Under the pieces are notes generated by a model. The model did not search any database and was not told the origin of the DNA. It saw nothing but the letters and a program-made list of their open reading frames with translations. From a virus (taxonomy: Duplodnaviria > Caudoviricetes), in IMG/VR virus record IMGVR_UViG_3300026094_000002: 64,000 nucleotides of DNA; one strand, 5' to 3'. Shown piece by piece: positions 1 through 7,854 of the stretch; within the stretch, counting starts at the first letter, position 1, and every line of letters starts with the position of its first letter. Made by a program: the position numbers and the translations under genes.

Positions 1-101
1 ACTTTACGAATGTCAGATTCTAATTTATCAATTCTTCGCAGAGTTTTTTCACGCTGTTTGCGAGATTCCTCAATACTCTTTTTTAGTGAATTAGAATCCA
101 T
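1..101 (-). CDS. Hypothetical coiled-coil protein, truncated at left window edge
   Basis: ATG at 101 opens MDSNSLKKSIEESRKQREKTLRRIDKLESDIRK with no stop before the edge. Not in the ORF track. Confidence 0.55.
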   Translation of the reverse strand, partial: MDSNSLKKSIEESRKQREKTLRRIDKLESDIRK

Positions 102-113
102 AAAATTTTATAC

Positions 114-338
114 CTAAAAGTTGGATAAAATAGTCCTTACCTGTGCACAATCAACTTCTGATTGAACTTCTTCATCTAAAACACCCAAAGCAATTGCTTC
201 AACCAACAAATCAAGCGTGTGCCACTGATCGGGGTCCATAGCCAGACGAAGTTCATGCACATCATCCTCAGACTCACACGCCCAAAGTTGATCAAGGATC
301 TCTGCTTGTTCACGGGTTACGCCCTGAATATCAATCAT
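114..338 (-). CDS. Hypothetical acidic protein (~74 aa)
   Basis: ORF 114..452 trimmed to the ATG at 338 (MIDIQG), which follows a GGAG RBS. Confidence 0.65.
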   Translation of the reverse strand: MIDIQGVTREQAEILDQLWACESEDDVHELRLAMDPDQWHTLDLLVEAIALGVLDEEVQSEVDCAQVRTILSNF

Positions 339-477
339 TGTATTCTCCAAGTTTATTTGCTGCAAACTGAAACGCATCTCGGGTAATGTCGATAACACCA
401 CTGATGCTATCGACGTTTTCCATACCAAAATAATACCCGACTGTGATTCCAATTACAAGAATAATTAGTGATTTCAT
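331..477 (-). CDS. Small membrane protein (48 aa) missed by the ORF track
   Basis: MKSLIILVIGITVGYYFGMENVDSISGVIDITRDAFQFAANKLGEYND*. ATGA overlap with the SprT stop; N-terminal hydrophobic helix. Confidence 0.6.
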   Translation of the reverse strand: MKSLIILVIGITVGYYFGMENVDSISGVIDITRDAFQFAANKLGEYND

Positions 478-938
478 GCCACACGCTCGATATAAAGTTG
501 TCCTTCGGTTTCAGGACGCCCCCTAAGATACATCTGTGAGATGCGTCGCTGAATATTACGATTGGGACGACGGAAATAACCCTTAATTACTTCATTGTTA
601 TACTTAATGGCCCACTTGTAATTTGGCTTAGTATCACCGGTTGCATTACGCTTACATTTGGGGTTTTCTACGCCAAGGCGACGAGCAACCATTTTCCACT
701 CTGGTCCATGACCTGCATGGAACCCTGCGATAGCGTGAGCGATTTCATGAAGAATAGTCTGCCGCGTGGCATACTCGGATTCTGTTTCAGTAAGGATCCG
801 ACTCAATTCAATTGTGTTACGACCATAATGGCAAAGTCCGAATGCTCTTTGACGACGGTTCCAGCGAAAAGACCATGTGCCATCAAGGTGCTTGTTAATC
901 AACTCAATTGCGAGGGTTTCTGCTTCCTGAAGATTCAT
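474..938 (-). CDS. SprT-like zinc metalloprotease
   Basis: RAFGLC and ILHEIAHA (HExxH), then HGPEWK. ATG start at 938. Confidence 0.85.
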   Translation of the reverse strand: MNLQEAETLAIELINKHLDGTWSFRWNRRQRAFGLCHYGRNTIELSRILTETESEYATRQTILHEIAHAIAGFHAGHGPEWKMVARRLGVENPKCKRNATGDTKPNYKWAIKYNNEVIKGYFRRPNRNIQRRISQMYLRGRPETEGQLYIERVA

Positions 939-979
939 TTCCAATCTCTCTTTGCTGTATTGCCCTAAATGATGTGATC

Positions 980-1008
980 AGTATATTACTTCCGGACTAT
1001 CGTGTCAA
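980..1008 (-). promoter_or_regulatory. Sigma70-like promoter TTGACA-17-TATACT
   Basis: -35 at 1003-1008, -10 at 980-985, upstream of the SprT gene. Confidence 0.8.
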
Positions 1009-1142
1009 CCCAGTGCACCTATCAATCTTATTCGGTCCCAATGTGCCTGTGATTGGGAAAGTTCGCGATACAACTGATCACGCTCTTGATTGTTTTTGGC
1101 ACGATCAATATCTCGTTGAATATCCCCGGGTTGGCGAATCAT
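1005..1142 (-). CDS. Small hypothetical protein
   Basis: Likely start MIRQPGD at 1142 within ORF 1005..1220; co-oriented with neighbours. Confidence 0.5.
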   Translation of the reverse strand: MIRQPGDIQRDIDRAKNNQERDQLYRELSQSQAHWDRIRLIGALG

Positions 1143-1227
1143 TTCTAATCTCTTGTTGGCTGATGAATAGTGTAGTTTTAATGCTGTTTCAAAAAATGTG
1201 GGCAGAAATCCTACCCACACTTCTTAA

Positions 1228-1413
1228 TTACATATACTTTTCAAGATTTGGAGTGCAATCAAGTTCTGAGTGCGTTTCAGTTAGCATGTTGATATCATCA
1301 TTAGTAAAAATTTCGCCCATATCAACCCAACCACTTTCATGTACAGGAGAAATTTCACGCTCAAAAATATCTTCAATCAGACTGTTTACTGCTTCGCGAT
1401 CATCAAGAAACAT
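1228..1413 (-). CDS. Hypothetical protein (61 aa)
   Basis: Preceded by an AAGGAG RBS and a promoter at 1446-1474. Confidence 0.6.
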   Translation of the reverse strand: MFLDDREAVNSLIEDIFEREISPVHESGWVDMGEIFTNDDINMLTETHSELDCTPNLEKYM

Positions 1414-1445
1414 TTTAGTTACTCCTTTACTGTAAATGAGGTTTA

Positions 1446-1474
1446 AGTTTAGTAAACGATTATGTGATTGTCAA
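1446..1474 (-). promoter_or_regulatory. Sigma70-like promoter TTGACA-17-TAAACT
   Basis: -35 at 1469-1474, -10 at 1446-1451. Confidence 0.7.
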
Positions 1475-2014
1475 GTTCTCTAAATTTACTGGTTTATAAT
1501 CCGTCTGTTCCACGCAAATGCAACGGTATGGCCCCGGTGGCGATGGTTCATCATGAATATGACCATGCACATTGAGTAGATGATTATCCATATAATCATG
1601 TTCCTCGCCGGGTGGACCACGTCTTAATTGTTTCTCATGCAAAGGAACATGTGATAACAGCAATCCAAAATCTCGCATCTGCTTCCACATATGAATTTTT
1701 GTGACTAATTCATTTTTAGCAAAGAACTTAACATCATCATGATTACCAACTATTAATTCTTTGGAACCATGCAACTGTTTCCACATAGGAAGAAATTCTT
1801 CTTTTGGTCCAAAGAATACATCACCAAGATGAATAACTTTATCACCCGGATTGATATGAGAATTCCACTGATCAATAATATACTCATTCATCTGATGAAT
1901 ATCATCAAACCCGGGTCGAATTAATTCTCCGGTATGATAATTTCTAAAATGAAGAATGTTTTTATGATTCAAATGTGTGTCTGCAATCAGCCATATATTT
2001 TTTTCTAAGGGCAT
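1460..2014 (-). CDS. Calcineurin-like metallophosphoesterase
   Basis: Motifs ADTH, HLGD, VGNHD, LSH and HGHIH. Confidence 0.85.
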   Translation of the reverse strand: MPLEKNIWLIADTHLNHKNILHFRNYHTGELIRPGFDDIHQMNEYIIDQWNSHINPGDKVIHLGDVFFGPKEEFLPMWKQLHGSKELIVGNHDDVKFFAKNELVTKIHMWKQMRDFGLLLSHVPLHEKQLRRGPPGEEHDYMDNHLLNVHGHIHDEPSPPGPYRCICVEQTDYKPVNLENLTIT

Positions 2015-2334
2015 CGATTTAACTCCATAAGAATCTGATTTAACATCCAGTCTTTGCGGCCAGACGCTACTTCACGCTGACCAGAATAATTCCCAACATC
2101 ACCCATCCATGCGAATGGTACTGTCGCAACAATCGCTGCCATATTACGCTGTGGCTCTGTTGGTCGCATACTCTGAATAAAGTGTATCTGTTCTTCTTTT
2201 TTTGAACAATCAACTTGATAGTGATTTAAACTATCAACACTCATTGAATATGTCGGTGCAGATGATGTGCTACATGCTGTCGTCAGTAGGCTCACAATGA
2301 TAACGCATGCTCCAAATACGGTGTTTAATTGCAC
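2005..2334 (-). CDS. Putative lipoprotein 2 (GTG start)
   Basis: AGGAG-7nt-GTG at 2334; signal peptide ending LLTTAC (non-canonical lipobox); overlaps the upstream lipoprotein gene by 65 nt. Confidence 0.6.
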   Translation of the reverse strand: MQLNTVFGACVIIVSLLTTACSTSSAPTYSMSVDSLNHYQVDCSKKEEQIHFIQSMRPTEPQRNMAAIVATVPFAWMGDVGNYSGQREVASGRKDWMLNQILMELNRCP

Positions 2335-2536
2335 GAATACTCTCCTGATGTTGAGCGTTGGATTGGAATACGCCTTTAGGGCGTTCAAGTTGGCTCTCCA
2401 GCCACGGAATAATATGATGCGTATTTGCACAGTCATTTGGAATGAGTGCTACATCAGTAGGTGGGCTTTGTGACGTCAATCCAGCACACCCACTTAGTGA
2501 CAGTGCAAATGCACTTGTGATTATAATCCGTTTCAT
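2270..2536 (-). CDS. Putative lipoprotein 1
   Basis: MKRIIITSAFALSLSGC has a basic N-region, a hydrophobic core and an LSGC lipobox. Confidence 0.75.
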   Translation of the reverse strand: MKRIIITSAFALSLSGCAGLTSQSPPTDVALIPNDCANTHHIIPWLESQLERPKGVFQSNAQHQESIRAIKHRIWSMRYHCEPTDDSM

Positions 2537-2586
2537 AAAAAATCCGGTCTTGCTAAACTTAGATGAAGCCTAACATAGACCGGATT
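2537..2586 (-). terminator. Probable intrinsic terminator overlapping a weak promoter (TTGATT-17-TAGGCT, 2567-2595)
   Basis: 10-bp inverted repeat at 2541-2550 and 2577-2586, followed on the minus strand by a T-run. Confidence 0.5.
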
Positions 2587-2603
2587 GCAAATCAACAATT
2601 ATT

Positions 2604-2795
2604 TTAATTATTATTAACGGGGAGTGCCTTTTCTACTTCAGCAACAGTTGCACGAGCAACCTCAAAGTTTGCTGCAGTTACAGTTTCATAATATGAACGC
2701 AACCACTCTGGCTGAATGAATCTGGACACAGAATTATAATTTTTCTCAATGTTGTTGAGAAGTTCTTGTGTTGAAAAATGTTGAATGTAACTCAT
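2604..2795 (-). CDS. Hypothetical 63-aa protein behind a ROSE-like leader
   Basis: Strong AAGGAG RBS; helical, Ala/Glu-rich C-terminus. Confidence 0.7.
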   Translation of the reverse strand: MSYIQHFSTQELLNNIEKNYNSVSRFIQPEWLRSYYETVTAANFEVARATVAEVEKALPVNNN

Positions 2796-2866
2796 AATTA
2801 TCTCCTTTTGGTAAGCGAGTTATAATTGGCAAACCTATAATAGCGTTTGACAACTGATTTTATTTA
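2796..2866 (-). promoter_or_regulatory. TAAATA promoter, upstream hairpin and ROSE-like SD-sequestering hairpin
   Basis: TAAATA at 2861-2866; stem 2825-2834/2845-2854; CUC(G)CUU-ACCAA-AAGGAG at 2802-2819. Confidence 0.55.
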
Positions 2867-2933
2867 TCATTTTATTGTGCAGTGCAAAATAAATTTAAGA
2901 TCTGAGAATTTTACTAACATCATAAATATTAAG

Positions 2934-3209
2934 ATGAATAAAAACACTGCTGACCAAATTCGTGAAACAATCAACTTGCTTGAACAAGAAGAACAACAGT
3001 TAATCACACAACCAAACGTCATGCTTTTAGATATTAGTTCTTATGAACTGACATCTTTAATGAAAGAGTTTCGTTCAGAGCAAGAATCATATAGTAAAGC
3101 CGGTGACAGAGCCCAAGTAATGTTTTACGACCCCTCCGAAAAAGAAGAGTTTAAAAAATTTCTCAAGTCCAAAAACATCGGCTATGATGAAATGGGCGGT
3201 GATTCTTAG
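2934..3209 (+). CDS. Hypothetical protein (~91 aa), likely leaderless late gene
   Basis: ATG at 2934 lies 5 nt after TAAATA (2923-2928). Confidence 0.65.
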   Translation: MNKNTADQIRETINLLEQEEQQLITQPNVMLLDISSYELTSLMKEFRSEQESYSKAGDRAQVMFYDPSEKEEFKKFLKSKNIGYDEMGGDS

Positions 3210-3385
3210 AATTCTGGCTGCAGAATAGTCCAAAGACCATACAGTACGGCAAGTGCTGCTACAATTGATGCAATAGGCTTAAGCAGAAAGAAAGATAATC
3301 CAGCAGCAATTAGCACTACTCCGTCCCATGTCGTCCTTTCTGAAAACCGTGAAGTAATCCAATTAAAAATAAAAAAGTCTTTCAT
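3206..3385 (-). CDS. Small two-TM membrane protein (59 aa) missed by the ORF track
   Basis: AGGAG RBS; MKDFFIFNWITSRFSERTTWDGVVLIAAGLSFFLLKPIASIVAALAVLYGLWTILQPEF*. Confidence 0.75.
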   Translation of the reverse strand: MKDFFIFNWITSRFSERTTWDGVVLIAAGLSFFLLKPIASIVAALAVLYGLWTILQPEF

Positions 3386-3454
3386 TTGTTTCTCCTATAA
3401 TAAAATTCATTGACCTAATAATATCTATACATAAATAACCAAAAGGAGGAAATT

Positions 3455-3739
3455 ATGTTTAATTTTATTAAACGCCTGTTTGGTGGAAATACACCAACAG
3501 AATCTCAGCAAGTTGCATCACAAAAACCTGCTGAAAAGAAACCAGCCACGCGGTCAACTACTAAAAAAACCACTACTGGTTCAACTAAGAAGGCAACTGC
3601 CACCAAAACTAATACTGCTGGTGCCAAGAAGACCGCGAGTAGTACCAGCAAGACTGGCACCAAAAAGAGTGCAACTACTGGAAGAAAAACCAGCACCACA
3701 GGTACCAAAAAGACAACTACTAAAAAGTCGAACACTTAA
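3455..3739 (+). CDS. Lys/Thr-rich basic protein (histone H1-like low complexity)
   Basis: TAAATA at 3432-3437, AAGGAGG RBS, MFNFIKRLFG followed by repeated KKT/STT units. Confidence 0.75.
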   Translation: MFNFIKRLFGGNTPTESQQVASQKPAEKKPATRSTTKKTTTGSTKKATATKTNTAGAKKTASSTSKTGTKKSATTGRKTSTTGTKKTTTKKSNT

Positions 3740-4788
3740 AGAACCTCGACACATTCAGTTTCAGCCGGGCAATTTGTCCGGCTTTTTTGTATCCATCGGT
3801 CTAACAAATCAGCCGATGCAAGATTCTTGGCCTTGGCTTCCACTTGAATATCAGCCCATTCCCAAAATTCTAACATTTGTTCATTTTGTGCATTGTTCCA
3901 CATAAAGTCGGAGTGTGCTCTCAACTTTGTCTTCTTGAATCCAGCAGATAACAGTGACTGCATATCTGGGAAAATATCGGGGTCATGTCCGTCAAGAAGA
4001 TCTTCACGACACTGACTATAGTGCACTACAGGACGAGCACCCCGCCAACTTTCCAAAATATAATTTACACGATCATCATGCGGACTAAAATATTCACCTG
4101 TCTTAACCCAATGATGATGCACATCAAAGACAATCGCAGCAACATCTCGCAATTCAATGAGGTCATCAATGCCAATTGTAAACTCATCGTTTTCTAATGT
4201 AAGGCAATTGCGAAGTTCTGGGCTCATGCGATTGATTACTTCACGCATTGCCCCCGGTCCACGGCGACCACTTACATGCACATTGATTTTGAAATCCTGA
4301 AACTCTTTTCCATAACCCATCCAACGAGCCAAGTCTGTATGGTATTCCATTTCTGCAAGACTGCTCTCTACAATCTCTGGATTATCAGAAACTAAACAGC
4401 AGAACTGTCCGGGGTGGAAACTAAGACGAACATCTAACTTACGTGCAAGGTTGCCCACAGGAGCAAAAATTGACTCAAGGTGTTGCTGAACGCTCGGCTG
4501 CTGCCACCAGTCTTGCCAATTAGATTCTGTATATCCTTGCAACATCTCAGAGCCAAGTCGGACTTGTCGCAACTCAGGCTCTAAGGAGCCCACGCGTTCA
4601 ACAAGGTTATATGCAGCACGGGCGTTAAAATTCATTAACTCCCACTGTCTTTCTACAGCATCTTCAGGGTGTTCACGAAGCCACTTCATGGTAGTTGACC
4701 TACCATTTAAGTCGCGGTTAAGGGAATTAGACTTAGCACTCATGTCGCTAAGCCACTTACAGCAAAATCCGATACGTTTATTTGTCAT
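3736..4788 (-). CDS. uvsE: UV damage endonuclease (UvsE/UvdE)
   Basis: IGFCC, VRLGSE, RLSFHPGQF, LTLENDE, FDVHHH, RAHSD and VEAKAK motifs. Start reassigned to MTNKRIG. Confidence 0.9.
   Translation of the reverse strand: MTNKRIGFCCKWLSDMSAKSNSLNRDLNGRSTTMKWLREHPEDAVERQWELMNFNARAAYNLVERVGSLEPELRQVRLGSEMLQGYTESNWQDWWQQPSVQQHLESIFAPVGNLARKLDVRLSFHPGQFCCLVSDNPEIVESSLAEMEYHTDLARWMGYGKEFQDFKINVHVSGRRGPGAMREVINRMSPELRNCLTLENDEFTIGIDDLIELRDVAAIVFDVHHHWVKTGEYFSPHDDRVNYILESWRGARPVVHYSQCREDLLDGHDPDIFPDMQSLLSAGFKKTKLRAHSDFMWNNAQNEQMLEFWEWADIQVEAKAKNLASADLLDRWIQKSRTNCPAETECVEVL
3763..3788 (+). terminator. Intrinsic terminator for the basic-protein gene, inside the 3' end of uvsE on the opposite strand
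   Basis: AGCCGGGC-AATTT-GTCCGGCT followed by TTTTT. Confidence 0.7.
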
Positions 4789-4794
4789 AGTGCT

Positions 4795-4823
4795 ATTATA
4801 TGACAATGTGTTCGGTTAGTCAA
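4795..4823 (-). promoter_or_regulatory. Sigma70-like promoter TTGACT-17-TATAAT, 6 nt before the uvsE ATG
   Basis: -35 at 4818-4823, -10 at 4795-4800. Confidence 0.85.
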
Positions 4824-4838
4824 TCTATATTGAGAAAT

Positions 4839-5378
4839 TTATGAGAGGAGAGATACTACATTTTCGGTAGTATCTTGTGTAAAGTTTTCTAACTTACTGA
4901 ATCTTTCATCAAGTGGTTTAACATGATCAAGGGCAACCCACTGAATATTTTCAGAAGTCTCTATAATGCGTCTCATACTATTAAGAAAATTATTTGCTCT
5001 ATGCCGTTCATATTCTTCTAAATTTTCAAATTCTGCTGAAAAATCAAATCCACCTAACAATACTATATCACTTACATCTTTTACAAGATGAGCAGCAACC
5101 ACTTCTTCTTTTTGATCCACTTCGTCAGAAAATCCACCACCAACGAGATGAACAGATGATGGGCGATTTAAATCACTAAAAAACTTTTCTGGTATGTAAA
5201 AGTTGCACTGCTCTTGGAAGTTTCTGGTAACTAAATCAGATGCACGACGATAATCAAAACAAATTACATTATCAGTGTTAAACATTCTCCAAGTGATATC
5301 AGAACCCCATATTGGTCCTATCTCTTTAATATCTACTTGTGTTTGATATTGCGGTGTGACAATCCAACTTATATTCAT
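4839..5378 (-). CDS. Hypothetical protein with weak Maf/DUF115-like I-x-L-x-G-F-D motif
   Basis: Co-oriented and overlapping within the amidinotransferase operon; IVLLGGFDFS. Confidence 0.5.
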   Translation of the reverse strand: MNISWIVTPQYQTQVDIKEIGPIWGSDITWRMFNTDNVICFDYRRASDLVTRNFQEQCNFYIPEKFFSDLNRPSSVHLVGGGFSDEVDQKEEVVAAHLVKDVSDIVLLGGFDFSAEFENLEEYERHRANNFLNSMRRIIETSENIQWVALDHVKPLDERFSKLENFTQDTTENVVSLLS

Positions 5379-6412
5379 ACAGACTTCAGTGTTTTCCAGC
5401 GATAATCACCTAAACAAATCCACCCAAACACATTGTCTTTGCCGGGAGCAGTATTAATAATGAAATCACCTTTTGTTCCAGACCACCCCGGAACTTGATC
5501 AGCATGTCCTATTGTATTACGACCAACACGAAGGTTCTTTATAGTTGTATTGCCATCAGAATCAATAACTATATCACCTTGACGATTTACGCCTAATGCA
5601 ATTTCATGCTTTCTATTGCTACCAATGAATGCACGGTTGGAAGAAATTTTACCAACAGATATTGACACTTCTTCATCCCATATATTTAAAGACATGTCAG
5701 GGGTGTCAGTGTTTACGCCGATTCGTCCATTGACTACATGTAAGGTATCAAAAATATCTGCATTGCCTGATACATCTAATGACTTTAGGGTACCAGTTTT
5801 TTCTATTTTAGTATCAGTAATGCGGCTGGACAATTGATTTCCATCAACCAGTAACTGATCTCCAAGTCGTACATTTGAGAACTCAATTCCGCTATTTTTA
5901 GCCGTATCTAATACTTTATCTACAGTATCAGTTACAAACCTTTCTCCTAACTGATCAAGTGTTTTGGTGGATACAGTGTCTGCTAAACTTTGCCAACTCT
6001 CATTGTCAACGTTTACGCTGCCAGTCACTGACAAATCTTTTACAGTCACAGATTCAGCATTAATACTTTCAATTGCACGTATAACTCGGGAAACCAATTC
6101 ATTTTCAACAACTACTGTACCATCTAAGACAGTAAGTTCTTTTTCAGTTTTACTTAAGTCTGTAATACCGGGAAATGTTTTCGTGAGAACATCTTGGTTA
6201 AGACTTAAACTTTCTCTAATTACCTGTGAAACAACCTCACTGTTATCAGTAGATGACATCATCTCCCCTGTCATTCTACTAACAACTTGATTTATAATTG
6301 TCTTAAGGTGATTTTGCCATGTTGGCTGTTGTATAGTTTCAGCAACGTACCCTGATATAACCTGTTTAATTTGGTCTTCTATTGTACGTGCTAGTTGATC
6401 TTTATCAATCAT
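5375..6412 (-). CDS. Putative virion or fibre-like protein
   Basis: Beta-rich C-terminal half with GRIGVNTDTP and a PGWSGTKGD...GWICLG end; helical N-terminus. Confidence 0.5.
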   Translation of the reverse strand: MIDKDQLARTIEDQIKQVISGYVAETIQQPTWQNHLKTIINQVVSRMTGEMMSSTDNSEVVSQVIRESLSLNQDVLTKTFPGITDLSKTEKELTVLDGTVVVENELVSRVIRAIESINAESVTVKDLSVTGSVNVDNESWQSLADTVSTKTLDQLGERFVTDTVDKVLDTAKNSGIEFSNVRLGDQLLVDGNQLSSRITDTKIEKTGTLKSLDVSGNADIFDTLHVVNGRIGVNTDTPDMSLNIWDEEVSISVGKISSNRAFIGSNRKHEIALGVNRQGDIVIDSDGNTTIKNLRVGRNTIGHADQVPGWSGTKGDFIINTAPGKDNVFGWICLGDYRWKTLKSV

Positions 6413-7328
6413 TTTGTCTCCATGTATCTAATGTAACACAATGAAAACCGCCACCAAGTGTCCTGCTGTGTCTTAATTCAAGCGGAATTACATCAAAATT
6501 TTTCTTCTCTAATAATGTAATTATCTTTTTTTGCAAATTATCAACAATGACTGTGGATGAATCTACGCTTAAACAGTTCATTCCAATCCACTTACTGGCA
6601 TATGGATAACGATAAAACGCACGTGCAGCACAATCATCTATCCATATTTTGTCCCATTCATCAAATACTGCTGGGCAATTTTCTTCAGTTACTCTTTGAG
6701 CATTTAACATTACAGTATGATCATTTAAAGGAACAATTGTACTGTCTATATGGACACCAGAGTAAAAATTGACTACTTGAATATCTATTTCAGGAAATTG
6801 TTCTTTCAACCAATTTGCTGCGTTTCTATTCCCACTCGGGCTTTCAAGGTATAACCACGTGTCTCCCAATCTGCATATATTGGCGGCGTCTAATGTCATT
6901 CCAGAATTTCTTGGCATTTTTACAACATCAGCAAAATCGGCAACAAAATCTAGTGCCTCTATTTCTTGATCTCTACATGGATACATCATAGCAGGATCAA
7001 CAACCTTTTCTCCTGCTACGAGAAGCCTATCCCGTGGACAATAATTATACATTCCTTCACGAGTGACAAAATCCATTTCATTTGGACGAAGAACATCTAC
7101 TCCAAGATCTTCTAAAACAATACATAGTTTTTCTAAATCTCTTTCTGTATCACGTACCACCCAATCTGGGACGGGGCCAGATGGTACTGGAGTTGCAGTC
7201 CAAGAAGTTTTTTCTGATTCTTTGGAGAAAACTGAGTCATTAGATGGCCAGTTAGCATGTAATGCAGAACCAACTACCACCTGTTTCAGTTTATCCCATT
7301 CATTATATGAATGAACATTGATATCCAC
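6405..7328 (-). CDS. Amidinotransferase (AGAT / StrB1 family)
   Basis: YNEWDKLKQVVVG, YCPRD, LDAAN, HIDST and GGGFHCVT; catalytic Asp, His and Cys all present. Confidence 0.9.
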   Translation of the reverse strand: MDINVHSYNEWDKLKQVVVGSALHANWPSNDSVFSKESEKTSWTATPVPSGPVPDWVVRDTERDLEKLCIVLEDLGVDVLRPNEMDFVTREGMYNYCPRDRLLVAGEKVVDPAMMYPCRDQEIEALDFVADFADVVKMPRNSGMTLDAANICRLGDTWLYLESPSGNRNAANWLKEQFPEIDIQVVNFYSGVHIDSTIVPLNDHTVMLNAQRVTEENCPAVFDEWDKIWIDDCAARAFYRYPYASKWIGMNCLSVDSSTVIVDNLQKKIITLLEKKNFDVIPLELRHSRTLGGGFHCVTLDTWRQND

Positions 7329-7329
7329 G

Positions 7330-7854
7330 TTAATCTACAACCCCGGTAATCTGTAATGTATAACGATCTGTGACACCAACATTCGCTGCACTATGAGGAA
7401 CATCATTTTCCCATATCACACCTTCACCTGCTCGCCACTGCAAGATGGGGTTATCATCTACATCAAAATAGTGTCCGCTTTGCCAATCATCAAGGAAAAC
7501 AACTGCACGTCGAATTTTACTTGCATCTTCTATATTGTGTAATTTTCTAAACCGGACATAAAGGTCGCTATGCTTAGGTAATGCACATCCCGGAGTCATT
7601 CTGTATATTGACCAAGAAAAGTGTTTCCACGGCAGGTACTCGCGAAATCTGTTCATCCACTCCGGTTCTTCTGATCTCATATCGTACATGTCACCAGTAA
7701 ATTTTGTTTGTGTATACCCAAGAGACCGCCACCAAGCCAGTGAGTCAGGATCATTAAATTGTTCATTGTAATATGCGAGCGTTTCGTGACCTTTCCACCA
7801 AACTTCTGGAAGTTTAAAACGAGACCATCTGTCTTTACTTTCTAGTATTTCCAT
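7330..7854 (-). CDS. 2OG-Fe(II) dioxygenase / hydroxylase
   Basis: LPKHSD (HxD), distal PHSAAN and RYTLQITG. Confidence 0.8.
   Translation of the reverse strand: MEILESKDRWSRFKLPEVWWKGHETLAYYNEQFNDPDSLAWWRSLGYTQTKFTGDMYDMRSEEPEWMNRFREYLPWKHFSWSIYRMTPGCALPKHSDLYVRFRKLHNIEDASKIRRAVVFLDDWQSGHYFDVDDNPILQWRAGEGVIWENDVPHSAANVGVTDRYTLQITGVVD

Noticed and set aside
708-1435. Plus-strand ORFs 708..968 and 908..1435
   Set aside because: They are antisense to minus-strand genes that have their own promoters and RBSs, and carry no motifs.
2005-2536. Overlapping lipoprotein pair as a two-component spanin
   Set aside because: Both look like lipoproteins, there is no inner-membrane coiled-coil partner, and no endolysin is adjacent.
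3480-3905. Alternative ORFs 3480..3905 (+) and 3505..3735 (-)
   Set aside because: They are frame and antisense shadows of the Lys/Thr-rich gene and lack RBS support.
6405-7328. Amidinotransferase as an archaeosine (7-deazaguanine) DNA modification enzyme
   Set aside because: It belongs to the AGAT/StrB1 family rather than ArcS, QueF-like or Gat-QueC, and no folE, queD, queE, queC or dpdA is in the window.
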